Position numbers and translations under genes: made by a program. 64,000 bases of DNA from Thermoanaerobaculia bacterium (GTDB lineage Bacteria; Acidobacteriota; Thermoanaerobaculia; UBA5066; Gp7-AA6). The stretch covers positions 55,048-119,047 of the forward strand of contig DATBFU010000062.1 of the NCBI GenBank assembly GCA_036558325.1. The letters run 5' to 3'. Positions 47,270-55,917 of this stretch are shown here, in pieces; position 1 is the first letter of the stretch; every line of letters begins with the position of its first letter. The notes below the pieces were generated by a model. The model ran no database searches. It was not told where the DNA came from and saw nothing but the letters and a program-made list of their open reading frames with translations.

Positions 47270-48127
47270 ATGACCTCCCCGGAAGGGGCTCTGGACCGGC
47301 GACTCGCGGAGCTGCTGGCGGAAGACGTCGGCGCGGGGGACGTCACGACCGACTGGACCGTTCCCGAGACCGCCCGCGCCCGCGGAACGCTCGTCGCAAA
47401 ATCCCCCTGCGTGGTCTCGGGCCTCCCCGTCGCGCACCGCGCCTTCGCGCTCCTCGACCCGGATGTCGCCTGGAAGGACGAGGCCCCTGCCGGCTCCCGC
47501 GCCGAACGCGGGTCCGCGCTCGCGCGGGTCGAAGGCCGGGCGCACGCCCTGCTCACGGCCGAGCGGCTGGCATTGAACCTCCTCCAGCGCATGAGCGGCA
47601 TCGCGACGGCGACGCGTCGGTACGTGGACGCGGTCGCCGGGACCGGATGCCGGATCCTCGACACGCGCAAGACCGCGCCCGGCCTGCGGGCGTTCGACCG
47701 GCTGGCCGTCGCCGACGGCGGCGGTTCGAACCACCGCGCGGGACTCTTCGACATGGTGCTCATCAAGGACAACCATCGCCGCCTCGCCGGCGGGGTCGGC
47801 GCGGCCATCCGCGAGGCGCGGCGGCGCGCGCCGGCGGGCATGAAGATCGAGGCCGAGGTGGAGTCGGAGGCCGAGCTGCGCGACGCCGTCGCGGCGGGCG
47901 CCGACGTCGTGCTGATCGACAACCAGACGCCCGAGACGGTCGCGCGCTGGAGCGCGATCGCACGCCGCGCGGCGCGGCCTCCCGTCATCGAGGCCTCGGG
48001 AGGCATCACGTTCGAGCGCGTGCGCGCCTATGCCGAGGCCGGCGCCGATTACATCTCCGTCGGCGCGCTGACGCACTCCGTCGAGGCCGCCGACATCTCG
48101 CTCGAGCTGGAGACGTCCGCCGCATGA
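47270..48127 (+). CDS. nadC: nicotinate-nucleotide pyrophosphorylase (carboxylating)
   Basis: 285 aa. Motifs are EDVGAGDVTT, ERLALNLLQRMSGIAT, ILDTRKT.PGLR, DMVLIKDNH, LDN and ASGGIT. Confidence 0.9.
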   Translation: MTSPEGALDRRLAELLAEDVGAGDVTTDWTVPETARARGTLVAKSPCVVSGLPVAHRAFALLDPDVAWKDEAPAGSRAERGSALARVEGRAHALLTAERLALNLLQRMSGIATATRRYVDAVAGTGCRILDTRKTAPGLRAFDRLAVADGGGSNHRAGLFDMVLIKDNHRRLAGGVGAAIREARRRAPAGMKIEAEVESEAELRDAVAAGADVVLIDNQTPETVARWSAIARRAARPPVIEASGGITFERVRAYAEAGADYISVGALTHSVEAADISLELETSAA

Positions 48128-49671
48128 GCGCCGACGTGACCGACGTCCTCGTGCTCGGCACGGGCGTGGCCGGAACGACCGCCGCTCTCGCGGCCGCGCG
48201 CGCCGGCGCTCGCGTGACGCTCGTCACGCGCTCGGAGAACCCGGAGGCGTCGAACACCTACTGGGCGCAGGGCGGCATCGTGGGCCGTCCGCCGGGCGAT
48301 GCGCCGGAAAAGCTCGCGGAGGACATCCGGAAGGCGGGCAACGGGCTCTGCTCTCCGGAGGCGGTGGCTCTCATCGCCCGCGAGGGACCGGACCTCGTGG
48401 AGCGTCTCCTGATCGACGAGCTCCGGGTCCCGTTCGACCGCGACGGTAAAGATTTTCACTGGACCCTCGAGGGCGGCCACTCCATCCCGCGCGTCCTCCA
48501 CGTCAAGGACGAAACCGGCATCCCGATCGAGCAGGCCCTCGTGGCGGCCTGCAAGCGGGAGAAGAACATCCGCTGGAGGACGGGCACGACGGCCGTCGAC
48601 CTGCTGACGCTCTCGCACGACTCGGTCGTGGACAGCGACCGCTATCGCCCGCCCACCGTGATCGGCGCGTACCTTCTCTCTCGCGGGAGCGAGGAAGTCG
48701 TTCCGCAGCTCGCGCGCGAGACGATCCTCGCCACGGGCGGGCTCGGGCGCGTGTACCTCCACACCACGAATCCCCTGGGCGCGCGCGGAGACGGTATCGC
48801 GATGGCGCGGCGTGCCGGCGCGCGGCTCTTGAACCTCGAGTACATCCAGTTCCATCCCACGGCGCTCTTCGCGGCGCAGGGACGGCTGCTCCTCTCGGAG
48901 GCGCTGCGCGGCGAAGGCGCGCGCATCGTCGACGCCAACGGGAAGGAGTTCCTCCGGGAGGCGCATCCCGCGGGCGAGCTCGCCCCCCGCGACGTGGTCG
49001 CGCGGGCCATCCACAAGCGGATGCTCGAGCAGGACCAGACGCACGTCCTCCTGGACATCTCGCACAAGCCGGCCGACTGGATCCGCGCGCGCTTTCCGGG
49101 CGTCGTGCGCCGCTGCCGCGAGCAGGGCTTCGATCTGACGGCGGGGCCCGTGCCCGTCGTCCCGGCCGCCCACTACTCCTGCGGAGGCGTCGCCTGCGAT
49201 CTCGACGGGCGCACGACGCTCGCGCATCTCAAGGCGGCCGGCGAGGTCTCGTGCACGGGCGTTCACGGCGCCAATCGACTCGCATCGACATCCCTGCTGG
49301 AAGGGCTCGTCTGGGGCTGGCGCTCGGGTCAGGCCGCCGCGCGCGAGGCGCCGACGGCCAGCGCGCCGCCGGATGTTCCGGCGTGGAAGCCCGAGCACGA
49401 GCCGGTCGATCCCGCGCTCATCGCCCAGGACTGGATGGTCATTCGTCACACGATGTGGAACTACGTCGGGCTGCTCCGGTCCGAAAAGCGTCTCGGCCGG
49501 GCGGGGCGCATCCTGTCGGAGCTTCGGGTCGAGATCGAGGATTTCTACCGGCGCGGCACGATGTCCGACGCCCTCCTCGGTCTGCGCAACGGCGTCCAGA
49601 CCGCGCTCGCCATCCACCGCGCGGCGTCGGAAAACGACGTCTCGAGAGGCTGCCACTACCGGGAGGATTAG
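48124..49671 (+). CDS. nadB: L-aspartate oxidase
   Basis: ATG at 48124 overlaps the nadC stop (ATGA). Motifs are DVLVLGTGVAGTTAAL, NTYWAQGGI, HPT, YSCGGV and GANRLASTSLLEGLV. 515 aa. Confidence 0.92.
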   Translation: MSADVTDVLVLGTGVAGTTAALAAARAGARVTLVTRSENPEASNTYWAQGGIVGRPPGDAPEKLAEDIRKAGNGLCSPEAVALIAREGPDLVERLLIDELRVPFDRDGKDFHWTLEGGHSIPRVLHVKDETGIPIEQALVAACKREKNIRWRTGTTAVDLLTLSHDSVVDSDRYRPPTVIGAYLLSRGSEEVVPQLARETILATGGLGRVYLHTTNPLGARGDGIAMARRAGARLLNLEYIQFHPTALFAAQGRLLLSEALRGEGARIVDANGKEFLREAHPAGELAPRDVVARAIHKRMLEQDQTHVLLDISHKPADWIRARFPGVVRRCREQGFDLTAGPVPVVPAAHYSCGGVACDLDGRTTLAHLKAAGEVSCTGVHGANRLASTSLLEGLVWGWRSGQAAAREAPTASAPPDVPAWKPEHEPVDPALIAQDWMVIRHTMWNYVGLLRSEKRLGRAGRILSELRVEIEDFYRRGTMSDALLGLRNGVQTALAIHRAASENDVSRGCHYRED

Positions 49672-49711
49672 CCGTCGGCTGACAGCCCCAAGTGGAATGC
49701 AGCTCTGGCGG

Positions 49712-49740
49712 TGAGCTGTTGGCTGTGAGCCGTTAGCTGA
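49712..49740. repeat. degenerate heptamer tandem repeat (TGAGCTG TTGGCTG TGAGCCG TTAGCTG)
   Basis: Four 7-nt units follow the nadB stop. The stop-proximal sequence TAGCCGTCGGCTGACAGCC resembles TAGCCGTCAGCTGTCAGCT at 54144. Confidence 0.5.
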
Positions 49741-49757
49741 TAAAGTCCCGCACTCGC

Positions 49758-50339
49758 ATGAGCCTTCTCTACTTGCATTTCGACAGCCCGGAGCGCGCCG
49801 GCCGGGTCCAGAAGCTCTCCAAGAGCGGCGCGCGCGTCGTCGTCGCCGAGCCCCGCTGGCCCGGCTTCCACGAGGTCGCCAAGAAGGAGAAGCCTTTCGC
49901 CATCGCGATCGACTTCTCCTTCGCCCCGTCGCACATCCTCGAGACGGCCGACTATCTGGCCAAGGCCAAGGAGACGCGCGAGACCCCCCTCTACCTGCTG
50001 CACGTCCCGACGGACCGCCTGGATCTCGTCCACAAGCGACTGCCGCAGGCGATCCAGGTGACGGAGGCGGAGCTCGCGGACCGCCTTCAGGAGATCGAGC
50101 GCGAGGCTCTGGAGAAGGCGCGCCAGAAGAAGGAGGCCGCGGCCCAGGCGCGGCGGCTCGCGCGCGCGAAGAACGCCAAGGCCGCCGCTCCCGCGGCGGG
50201 AAAGCCGGCGCCGCCGCCGCCGAAGCCGAAGAAGCCGGCCGCCGTCAAGGCCGCGCCGAAGAAGAAACCCGCGAGCCCGGCCAAAGCGAAGAAGCCCGCC
50301 GTGAAGAAACGTCCGGCGCGCGTCCCGAAAAAGAAGTAG
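49758..50339 (+). CDS. hypothetical protein: receiver/flavodoxin-like N-domain, coiled-coil, Lys/Ala/Pro-rich histone-H1-like tail
   Basis: 193 aa. An alternating beta/alpha pattern runs LLYLHF..ARVVVA..FAIAIDFS..PLYLLHV. The C-terminal tail AKNAKAAAPAAGKPAPPPPKPKKPAAVKAAPKKKPASPAKAKKPAVKKRPARVPKKK spans nt about 50130-50336. Confidence 0.6.
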   Translation: MSLLYLHFDSPERAGRVQKLSKSGARVVVAEPRWPGFHEVAKKEKPFAIAIDFSFAPSHILETADYLAKAKETRETPLYLLHVPTDRLDLVHKRLPQAIQVTEAELADRLQEIEREALEKARQKKEAAAQARRLARAKNAKAAAPAAGKPAPPPPKPKKPAAVKAAPKKKPASPAKAKKPAVKKRPARVPKKK

Positions 50340-50354
50340 CAGGAGGCCCGACTC

Positions 50355-51725
50355 ATGGACGAGGTCTTTTCGCGCGAGGCGCTCGACCGCTACGCGGAGA
50401 CGCGGCGCGCCGATTTCGAGAGAACGCTCGAGCAGATCGTCGAGATCCCGACCGTCTCCGTCGAGCCCGGACGCAAGCCCGACGTGCGCCGCGGGGCGGA
50501 GTGGGCGGTGGCCGCGCTCGAAGCGGCCGGCGCGAAGGCGACGCTCCACGACACGGCCGGCCACCCGATCGTGTCCGGCCGCTTCGACCGGGGCGCCGGT
50601 CTTCCGACGATCACCGTCTACAACCACCTCGACGTTCAACCCGCGGAAGGAGACGATTGGAAGACGCCGCCCTTCGATTTCGTGAAGCAGGGCGACCGCT
50701 ACTTCGCCCGCGGCACGACGGACGACAAAGGCCCGGCCATCTCGGCGCTCTACGGCGCGCGATACGCGTGGGAGAACGGCGTGCCGGCGAACATCCGGTT
50801 CCTCTGGGAGTTCGAGGAGGAGATCGGGAGCCCGCACTTCGAATCCACCATCCGCCGCGAGGCAAAGAGCTTCGCGACCGATTCCGTGGTCGTCTCCGAC
50901 ACCGTGTGGGTCTCTCGCACGCGTCCCGCGCAGCCGGCAGGCCTGCGCGGCCTTCAGGGATTCCGTTTCGAGCTCCAGACCGGACAGACGGACCAGCACT
51001 CCGGCACGGCCGGCGGCGCCGCGCGCAATCCGGTCGCCGAAATGTGTCAGCTCATCTCCGAGTGTCTCGACGCGAAGACCGGGCGCGTGAAGATCCCGGG
51101 CTTCTCCAAGGACGTCGTGCCGCCGACGCGCCGGGAGCTCGAAGATCTCAAGAAGTGCGGGTTCACCGTCGCCGGGTTCAAACGCGACCATCTCTACAAG
51201 ACGCTCCGCGTCGACGACGCGCTCGAGGTCATGAAGCGCATCTGGATGATGCCGACGTTCGAAGTGCACGGCATCGCCGGCGGTTATCAGGGGCCGGGCG
51301 TCAAGACGATCATTCCGCCCAAGGCGACCGCGATCGTCTCCTGCCGCCTCGTGCCGAACATGAACCCGAAGAAGATCGTGAAGCTCGTCACCGACTTCGT
51401 GCGGAAGAAGAACCCGGACGTGAAGGTCGTGGCCGAGCACGAGCTGCCGGCCTATCAGGGCAAGACGACCGGCCCCTACGCCGACGCGATCCGGGCCTCG
51501 ATGAGATTCGCGTTCGGAAGGGAGCCCGTCTTCGTGCGGGAAGGCGGCTCGATCGGGGCCGTCCTTTCGATGGAGAAGGTCCTCCGCTCGCCGGTGTTCT
51601 TCCTGGGCCTTTCGCTGCCCGAGCACGGCTACCACGCCCCCAACGAGAATTTCGACTGGGCTCAGGCCCGGGGCGGCATGGCAGCCTTCGCGGACTACTT
51701 CCGCCGCGTCGCCGCGATGGCGTAG
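50355..51725 (+). CDS. M20-family metallopeptidase (dipeptidase / ArgE-DapE-CPG2 type)
   Basis: 456 aa. Motifs are YNHLDVQP, RGTTDDKGP and EFEEEIGSP (metal-ligand motifs), followed by a dimerisation domain and GGSIG. Confidence 0.9.
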   Translation: MDEVFSREALDRYAETRRADFERTLEQIVEIPTVSVEPGRKPDVRRGAEWAVAALEAAGAKATLHDTAGHPIVSGRFDRGAGLPTITVYNHLDVQPAEGDDWKTPPFDFVKQGDRYFARGTTDDKGPAISALYGARYAWENGVPANIRFLWEFEEEIGSPHFESTIRREAKSFATDSVVVSDTVWVSRTRPAQPAGLRGLQGFRFELQTGQTDQHSGTAGGAARNPVAEMCQLISECLDAKTGRVKIPGFSKDVVPPTRRELEDLKKCGFTVAGFKRDHLYKTLRVDDALEVMKRIWMMPTFEVHGIAGGYQGPGVKTIIPPKATAIVSCRLVPNMNPKKIVKLVTDFVRKKNPDVKVVAEHELPAYQGKTTGPYADAIRASMRFAFGREPVFVREGGSIGAVLSMEKVLRSPVFFLGLSLPEHGYHAPNENFDWAQARGGMAAFADYFRRVAAMA

Positions 51726-51771
51726 CGCTGGATTTGCCCGGTCGCATAGGGACTAGAATCTCGGCGAACCC

Positions 51772-52179
51772 ATGAGCAAGACGATCGTGGCCTGTGTGGA
51801 GGACCTGTTCTTCCGCTCGAAGATCGAGGCGACCGCGCGCCACCTGAACGTCCCCGTCCGCTTCACCGACGTCCGCGGCCTCTCGAAGACTCTGGGCGAG
51901 GCGCCCCCGGCGGCCCTCTTGATCGAGCTCACCGCCAACGGCGAGACGGTCCCGGCCATTCGGAAGCTTCGCGAAGCGGGCGCGACGCGGGAGCTTCCGA
52001 TCGTCGGTTTCCTCTCGCACGTGGACCGGCAGCTCGCGCACGACGCCGAGTCGGCGGGCGTAACCCGCGTGATGGCGCGCAGCCAGTTCTCGGAGACGCT
52101 GCCCGACCTGGTCATGGACCTGCTCGCGCCCGGAACCAAGCGCGAGATTCCGGAGGAGCCCGAGCTGCCGGACGAATGA
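51772..52179 (+). CDS. receiver-like (pseudo-receiver) single-domain protein
   Basis: 135 aa. TIVACVEDLFF, ALLIELT (Glu where the phospho-Asp is expected), PIVGFLSH and VMARS give a CheY-like topology. Confidence 0.6.
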   Translation: MSKTIVACVEDLFFRSKIEATARHLNVPVRFTDVRGLSKTLGEAPPAALLIELTANGETVPAIRKLREAGATRELPIVGFLSHVDRQLAHDAESAGVTRVMARSQFSETLPDLVMDLLAPGTKREIPEEPELPDE

Positions 52180-52189
52180 GGAAGAGCGC

Positions 52190-53281
52190 ATGAGCGGACC
52201 GACCCGGCGTGACCTGATCAAGAGCGCGGCGATCCTCCCGGCGGCCGCGGCCGTCAAGGTTCCGGCGCCGGCGAAACCCGCGGCCGGCTCGCGCCCCCTC
52301 GTGATCTCCTCCGCGAACGGCCTCAAGGCGGTCGAGAAGGCCTACGCCGTTCTCGCGGCCGGCGGCGACCCGGTCGAGGCCGTCGTCTCCGGCGTGAACA
52401 TCGTGGAGGACGATCCCGACGACGTGACCGTCGGCCACGGCGGAATCCCGAACGAAGAAGGCGTCGTCGAGCTCGACGCTTCCGTCATGGACGGCCGCTC
52501 CATGAAGTCGGGAGCGGTGGCCGCGATCCACAACATCAAGAATCCCTCGCGCGTCGCCGAGCTCGTCATGAAGCAGACCAACCGCGTCATGATCGTCGGC
52601 GAGGGCGCGCTCCGCTTCGCGAAAGCGCACGGCTTCGAGGAGACGAACCTCCTGACCGAGCGCTCGCGCAAGATCTGGCTGTACTGGAAGGAGAACTCCG
52701 CGCCGGCCGACGACTGGATTCCGTCGCCGGAAGAGGCGAAGGACCCGGACATTCTCTGGTACATCGACAAGTACGGCGACGAGGACTTCCGTCCGCAGGG
52801 GACGATCAACTGCGATTGCGTCACCGCGAACGGCGATCTCGCGGGCGTCACGACGACGTCGGGCCTCTTCTTCAAGATCCCCGGGCGCGTGGGCGACTCG
52901 CCGATCATCGGCGCCGGTCTCTACGTGGACAACGAGGTCGGCGCGGCGGGCTCGACGGGCTGGGGCGAAGGCAACATCCGCGTCGTCGGCGCCCACACGA
53001 TCCTGGAGCTCATGCGCCAGGGCAAATCGCCGCAGGAGGCGTGCCTTGCGACCCTCGAGCGCGTCGTGCGTCTGGCACACGAGCAGAAGCGCGACGCGAA
53101 GAACCGGCCGATGTTCCAGCTCCACTACTACGCCGTCGCCAAGGACGGCCGCTACGGGAGCGCCGCCATCTGGAGCGGCGAGAAGAACGGCAAGGGAGAG
53201 ATCGTTCCCAGCCGCTTCGCGTTGTGCGACGCGAAGGGGCCGCGGCTCGAAAAGAGCGCCTTCCTCTACGAGCGCGACTGA
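52190..53281 (+). CDS. Ntn-hydrolase of the asparaginase-2 family (glycosylasparaginase / isoaspartyl peptidase) with Tat-type signal
   Basis: 363 aa. The twin-arginine leader is MSGPTRRDLIKSAAILPAAAAV. The autoprocessing context is GTINCDCV, followed by GRVGDSPIIGAGLYVDN and GAAGSTGWGE. Confidence 0.88.
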   Translation: MSGPTRRDLIKSAAILPAAAAVKVPAPAKPAAGSRPLVISSANGLKAVEKAYAVLAAGGDPVEAVVSGVNIVEDDPDDVTVGHGGIPNEEGVVELDASVMDGRSMKSGAVAAIHNIKNPSRVAELVMKQTNRVMIVGEGALRFAKAHGFEETNLLTERSRKIWLYWKENSAPADDWIPSPEEAKDPDILWYIDKYGDEDFRPQGTINCDCVTANGDLAGVTTTSGLFFKIPGRVGDSPIIGAGLYVDNEVGAAGSTGWGEGNIRVVGAHTILELMRQGKSPQEACLATLERVVRLAHEQKRDAKNRPMFQLHYYAVAKDGRYGSAAIWSGEKNGKGEIVPSRFALCDAKGPRLEKSAFLYERD

Positions 53282-53309
53282 GCCGCGGGCGGCGGGCTAG
53301 ACTGCCCGG

Positions 53310-54146
53310 ATGCGCTCGCCGCGCCGGCTGCTGGCCGACTGGTTCCTCGGTCAGATCACGCGGCCCCGGCGCAACTACCGCCGCTTCGGCTACAACGATC
53401 CGCAGAAGCTCAAGGCCCGCATCGAGCCGGGGGACGTTCTCCTCGTGGACGGCGACCAGCGCGTCTCGGAGGCCGTCAAGTACCTGACGCAGTCCACCTG
53501 GTCGCACAGCGCGCTCTTCGTCGGCGACGCGCTGCTCCGCCGCGACGAGGCGACGCGCCGCGAGACCCTGCGGCGGTTCGGCCGGGAGTCGCGCCACCTG
53601 ATCGTCGAGGCGCTCGTCGAGAAGGGCGTCATCGTTTCACCGCTCGTCAAGTACGTCGACTTCAACGTCCGCATCTGCCGGCCGATCGCCCTGACGGCCG
53701 CCGACCGGCAAAAGGTGATCGACTACGTTCTGGCGCGGCTCGGGCACACATACGACCGGCGCAACTTCCTCGACCTGACGCGATATCTGCTGCCGTTCCA
53801 CATGATCCCGCCGCGTCTGCGCGAGGACGCTCTCCACTTCGGAAGCGGCGTCGCGACGGAGACGATCTGCTCGACCCTGCTCGCCGAAGCGTTCGGCTCG
53901 GTCCGGTTCCCGATCCTCCCGATGCCGGCGCGGCGCCTTCCCGAATCGCTCGGCGAGCGCTTTCGTCAACGCGTGCTCGGGCGGCCGACCCGACGGGCCT
54001 GGAGCGGCCTCTGGCGCGTGCGGCACCCGACCCTCTGCGTGCCGAGAGATTTCGACCTGTCGCCCTATTTCGAGATCGTGAAGTTCGGCGCGCGCGAGCT
54101 CGACGAGTTCGACTACCGGAAGCTGCGCTGGGAGGAAGTGAAGTAG
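53310..54146 (+). CDS. YiiX/YaeF-like permuted papain-fold (C92 family) protein, tentative
   Basis: 278 aa. PGDVLLVDGDQRVSEAVKYLTQSTWSHSALFVG and HTYDRRNF...TICSTLLAEAF fit the permuted NlpC/P60-like pattern. Confidence 0.65.
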   Translation: MRSPRRLLADWFLGQITRPRRNYRRFGYNDPQKLKARIEPGDVLLVDGDQRVSEAVKYLTQSTWSHSALFVGDALLRRDEATRRETLRRFGRESRHLIVEALVEKGVIVSPLVKYVDFNVRICRPIALTAADRQKVIDYVLARLGHTYDRRNFLDLTRYLLPFHMIPPRLREDALHFGSGVATETICSTLLAEAFGSVRFPILPMPARRLPESLGERFRQRVLGRPTRRAWSGLWRVRHPTLCVPRDFDLSPYFEIVKFGARELDEFDYRKLRWEEVK

Positions 54147-54148
54147 CC

Positions 54149-54191
54149 GTCAGCTGTCAGCTGTCAGCTGTCAGCTGTGAAGCTGTCGGCT
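54149..54191. repeat. heptanucleotide tandem repeat (GTCAGCT x4 perfect, then 2 degenerate units)
   Basis: GTCAGCT GTCAGCT GTCAGCT GTCAGCT GTGAAGCT GTCGGCT begins 3 nt after the stop at 54146, between convergent genes. Confidence 0.9.
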
Positions 54192-54199
54192 GCCGGCGA

Positions 54200-54472
54200 T
54201 TAGCTGCTCGACGGCCCGCGGCCGCCGGAGAGGATCGTGTTCACGGATTCGATGCGGCGCTCGAGGACGCGGCGGATCTTGCCGACCTCGCCCTCCTGCG
54301 CCGCGAACCGCACGCTGTCGCCCTGGAATTCGAAGCGGAGCACGGCGTCGCGGTCCTCGGGCGGCAATCCCAGGAGACCGGCGCGGTAGGCGCGCATCCA
54401 CTCGGGCGCCGGCTCGGATTCCAGGCGCGCGCGGAAGTACGTTCGGCCGTCGGGCGCCGGACCTTCGCGCAT
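54200..54472 (-). CDS. hypothetical small protein (possibly longer, see finding)
   Basis: 90-aa ORF from the ATG at 54472. The same frame stays open to 54565, where a strong AAGGAGG (54577-54571) precedes an in-frame ATT by 5 nt. Confidence 0.4.
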   Translation of the reverse strand: MREGPAPDGRTYFRARLESEPAPEWMRAYRAGLLGLPPEDRDAVLRFEFQGDSVRFAAQEGEVGKIRRVLERRIESVNTILSGGRGPSSS

Positions 54473-54615
54473 CGGCGCGTCGTTGTAAAGCGTGACGCGG
54501 TGCGTCGGCGGCGCCTCGCCGGGGCGCCGGCGAATCGGCTTGCGGTACTGCGGGTGTCTGGGAATCAGGGCCTCCTTGCGCTGAGGTTCGACGCGGGCAT
54601 TCTTTCACAACTCCC

Positions 54616-55917
54616 TCAGGCGAAGGAACCGGCCGAGACGGAAGTGAAGCGCTCCGGGTGCACGCGCCGGGCGAAGGCCGCGTTGGCTTCTTCGCGGCCG
54701 ACGGCGGCGACGAGCCCGGGGAAACGGTCCAGGTAATCGGCGCCGAGCTCGTAGTAATCGGCCGAGTCGAGGGCGCTCGCGATCCCCGCATTGGAAGCCA
54801 GGTCGACTTTGAAGCGCCCGATGCGGGAGCTCTTCTCGTCGGAGAGCTCCTTGTCGGTCATTCCTTCGCGGCAGAAACGCCAGATCTCATCGAGCGTCGA
54901 AGCGACGGCCGCGTCGCGGCTTTCCGGGCGCACGGTCAGCGACACCTGGAACGGGCCGGCCAGGTGCGTGGCGGAGAAGCTCGAGTGGATGCCGTAGGTG
55001 AGCCCCTCGGTGTCGCGGACGCGCACCCCGAGGCGCGACGTGAGCGCCGACTGCCCGAGCGCCGAGTTCGCCAGCACGCTGGCGATGTATTCCGGATCGA
55101 GGCGCGTCAGCGTCGCGGGTTCGGCGAGCACCACGTCGGCGCTCGCCTTGTCGGGCATGCGCACCGTCTCCTGGCCGAGAGCGGCCGAGGGCACCGCCAC
55201 CGCGGGGATCGCGCGCCGCGGGCCGGAAGCCCAGCTCTCGAAGCGGGCCTCGAGGCCGTCGAGCGTTTGCTCGGCGTCCAGGTCGCCGACGACGGTGAGG
55301 CGGAGCGTCGCGGCGCCGAAACGGCCGCGGTAATGCCGCTCGAGGTCCTCGCGCGTCAGCGACTCGACGGTGGCGATCCGTTCGTCGCCCGTGCGGCGAT
55401 GGAACGGATGCCCCGGCGGATAGATGCGGCGCAGCGCCGCCTCCTGCGCCCGGGCCGAGGTCTGGTCCTGCTGCTGACGGATCGCTCCGACCAGCCGCTT
55501 CTTCTCCTTGTCGAGCTCGTCGGCCGGAAACGACGGCTCGCGAAGGATCTCGGCCAGGAGGTCGAAGAGGATCTCGGCGTCGCGGGAGAGCGCGGCGCCC
55601 CCGATGTCCAGCCCGACCGGATCGGAGGCGTCGCTCGAAAACGAGAGGGACGCGGCACGGCTCTCGAGCGCCTCGGCGATCTCGAGCTTCGAGCGGCGCG
55701 CGGTGCCCTTCGAGAGCTCCCCCGCCGTCACGGCCGCCACGATGCGCCGATCCGCCGGCGCGTAGATCGGGCCCGCGTCGAGCGATCCCGAGAGCGCGAG
55801 CGTCGGGTTGAAGCGATTCTCGAGCACGGCCAGCTCGCAGCCATTGGCGAGACGGCGGCGGCGCACCGCCTCGGCGAACGGAACGCGCCGCGCCGGCGGC
55901 GCGGACACGGACGTCAA
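54616..55917 (-). CDS. M16-family peptidase, non-catalytic (no HxxEH) partner subunit
   Basis: 433 aa with a TTG start overlapping the upstream stop (TTGA). It has the M16 N- and C-domain pattern but lacks the zinc motif. Confidence 0.85.
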   Translation of the reverse strand: MTSVSAPPARRVPFAEAVRRRRLANGCELAVLENRFNPTLALSGSLDAGPIYAPADRRIVAAVTAGELSKGTARRSKLEIAEALESRAASLSFSSDASDPVGLDIGGAALSRDAEILFDLLAEILREPSFPADELDKEKKRLVGAIRQQQDQTSARAQEAALRRIYPPGHPFHRRTGDERIATVESLTREDLERHYRGRFGAATLRLTVVGDLDAEQTLDGLEARFESWASGPRRAIPAVAVPSAALGQETVRMPDKASADVVLAEPATLTRLDPEYIASVLANSALGQSALTSRLGVRVRDTEGLTYGIHSSFSATHLAGPFQVSLTVRPESRDAAVASTLDEIWRFCREGMTDKELSDEKSSRIGRFKVDLASNAGIASALDSADYYELGADYLDRFPGLVAAVGREEANAAFARRVHPERFTSVSAGSFA

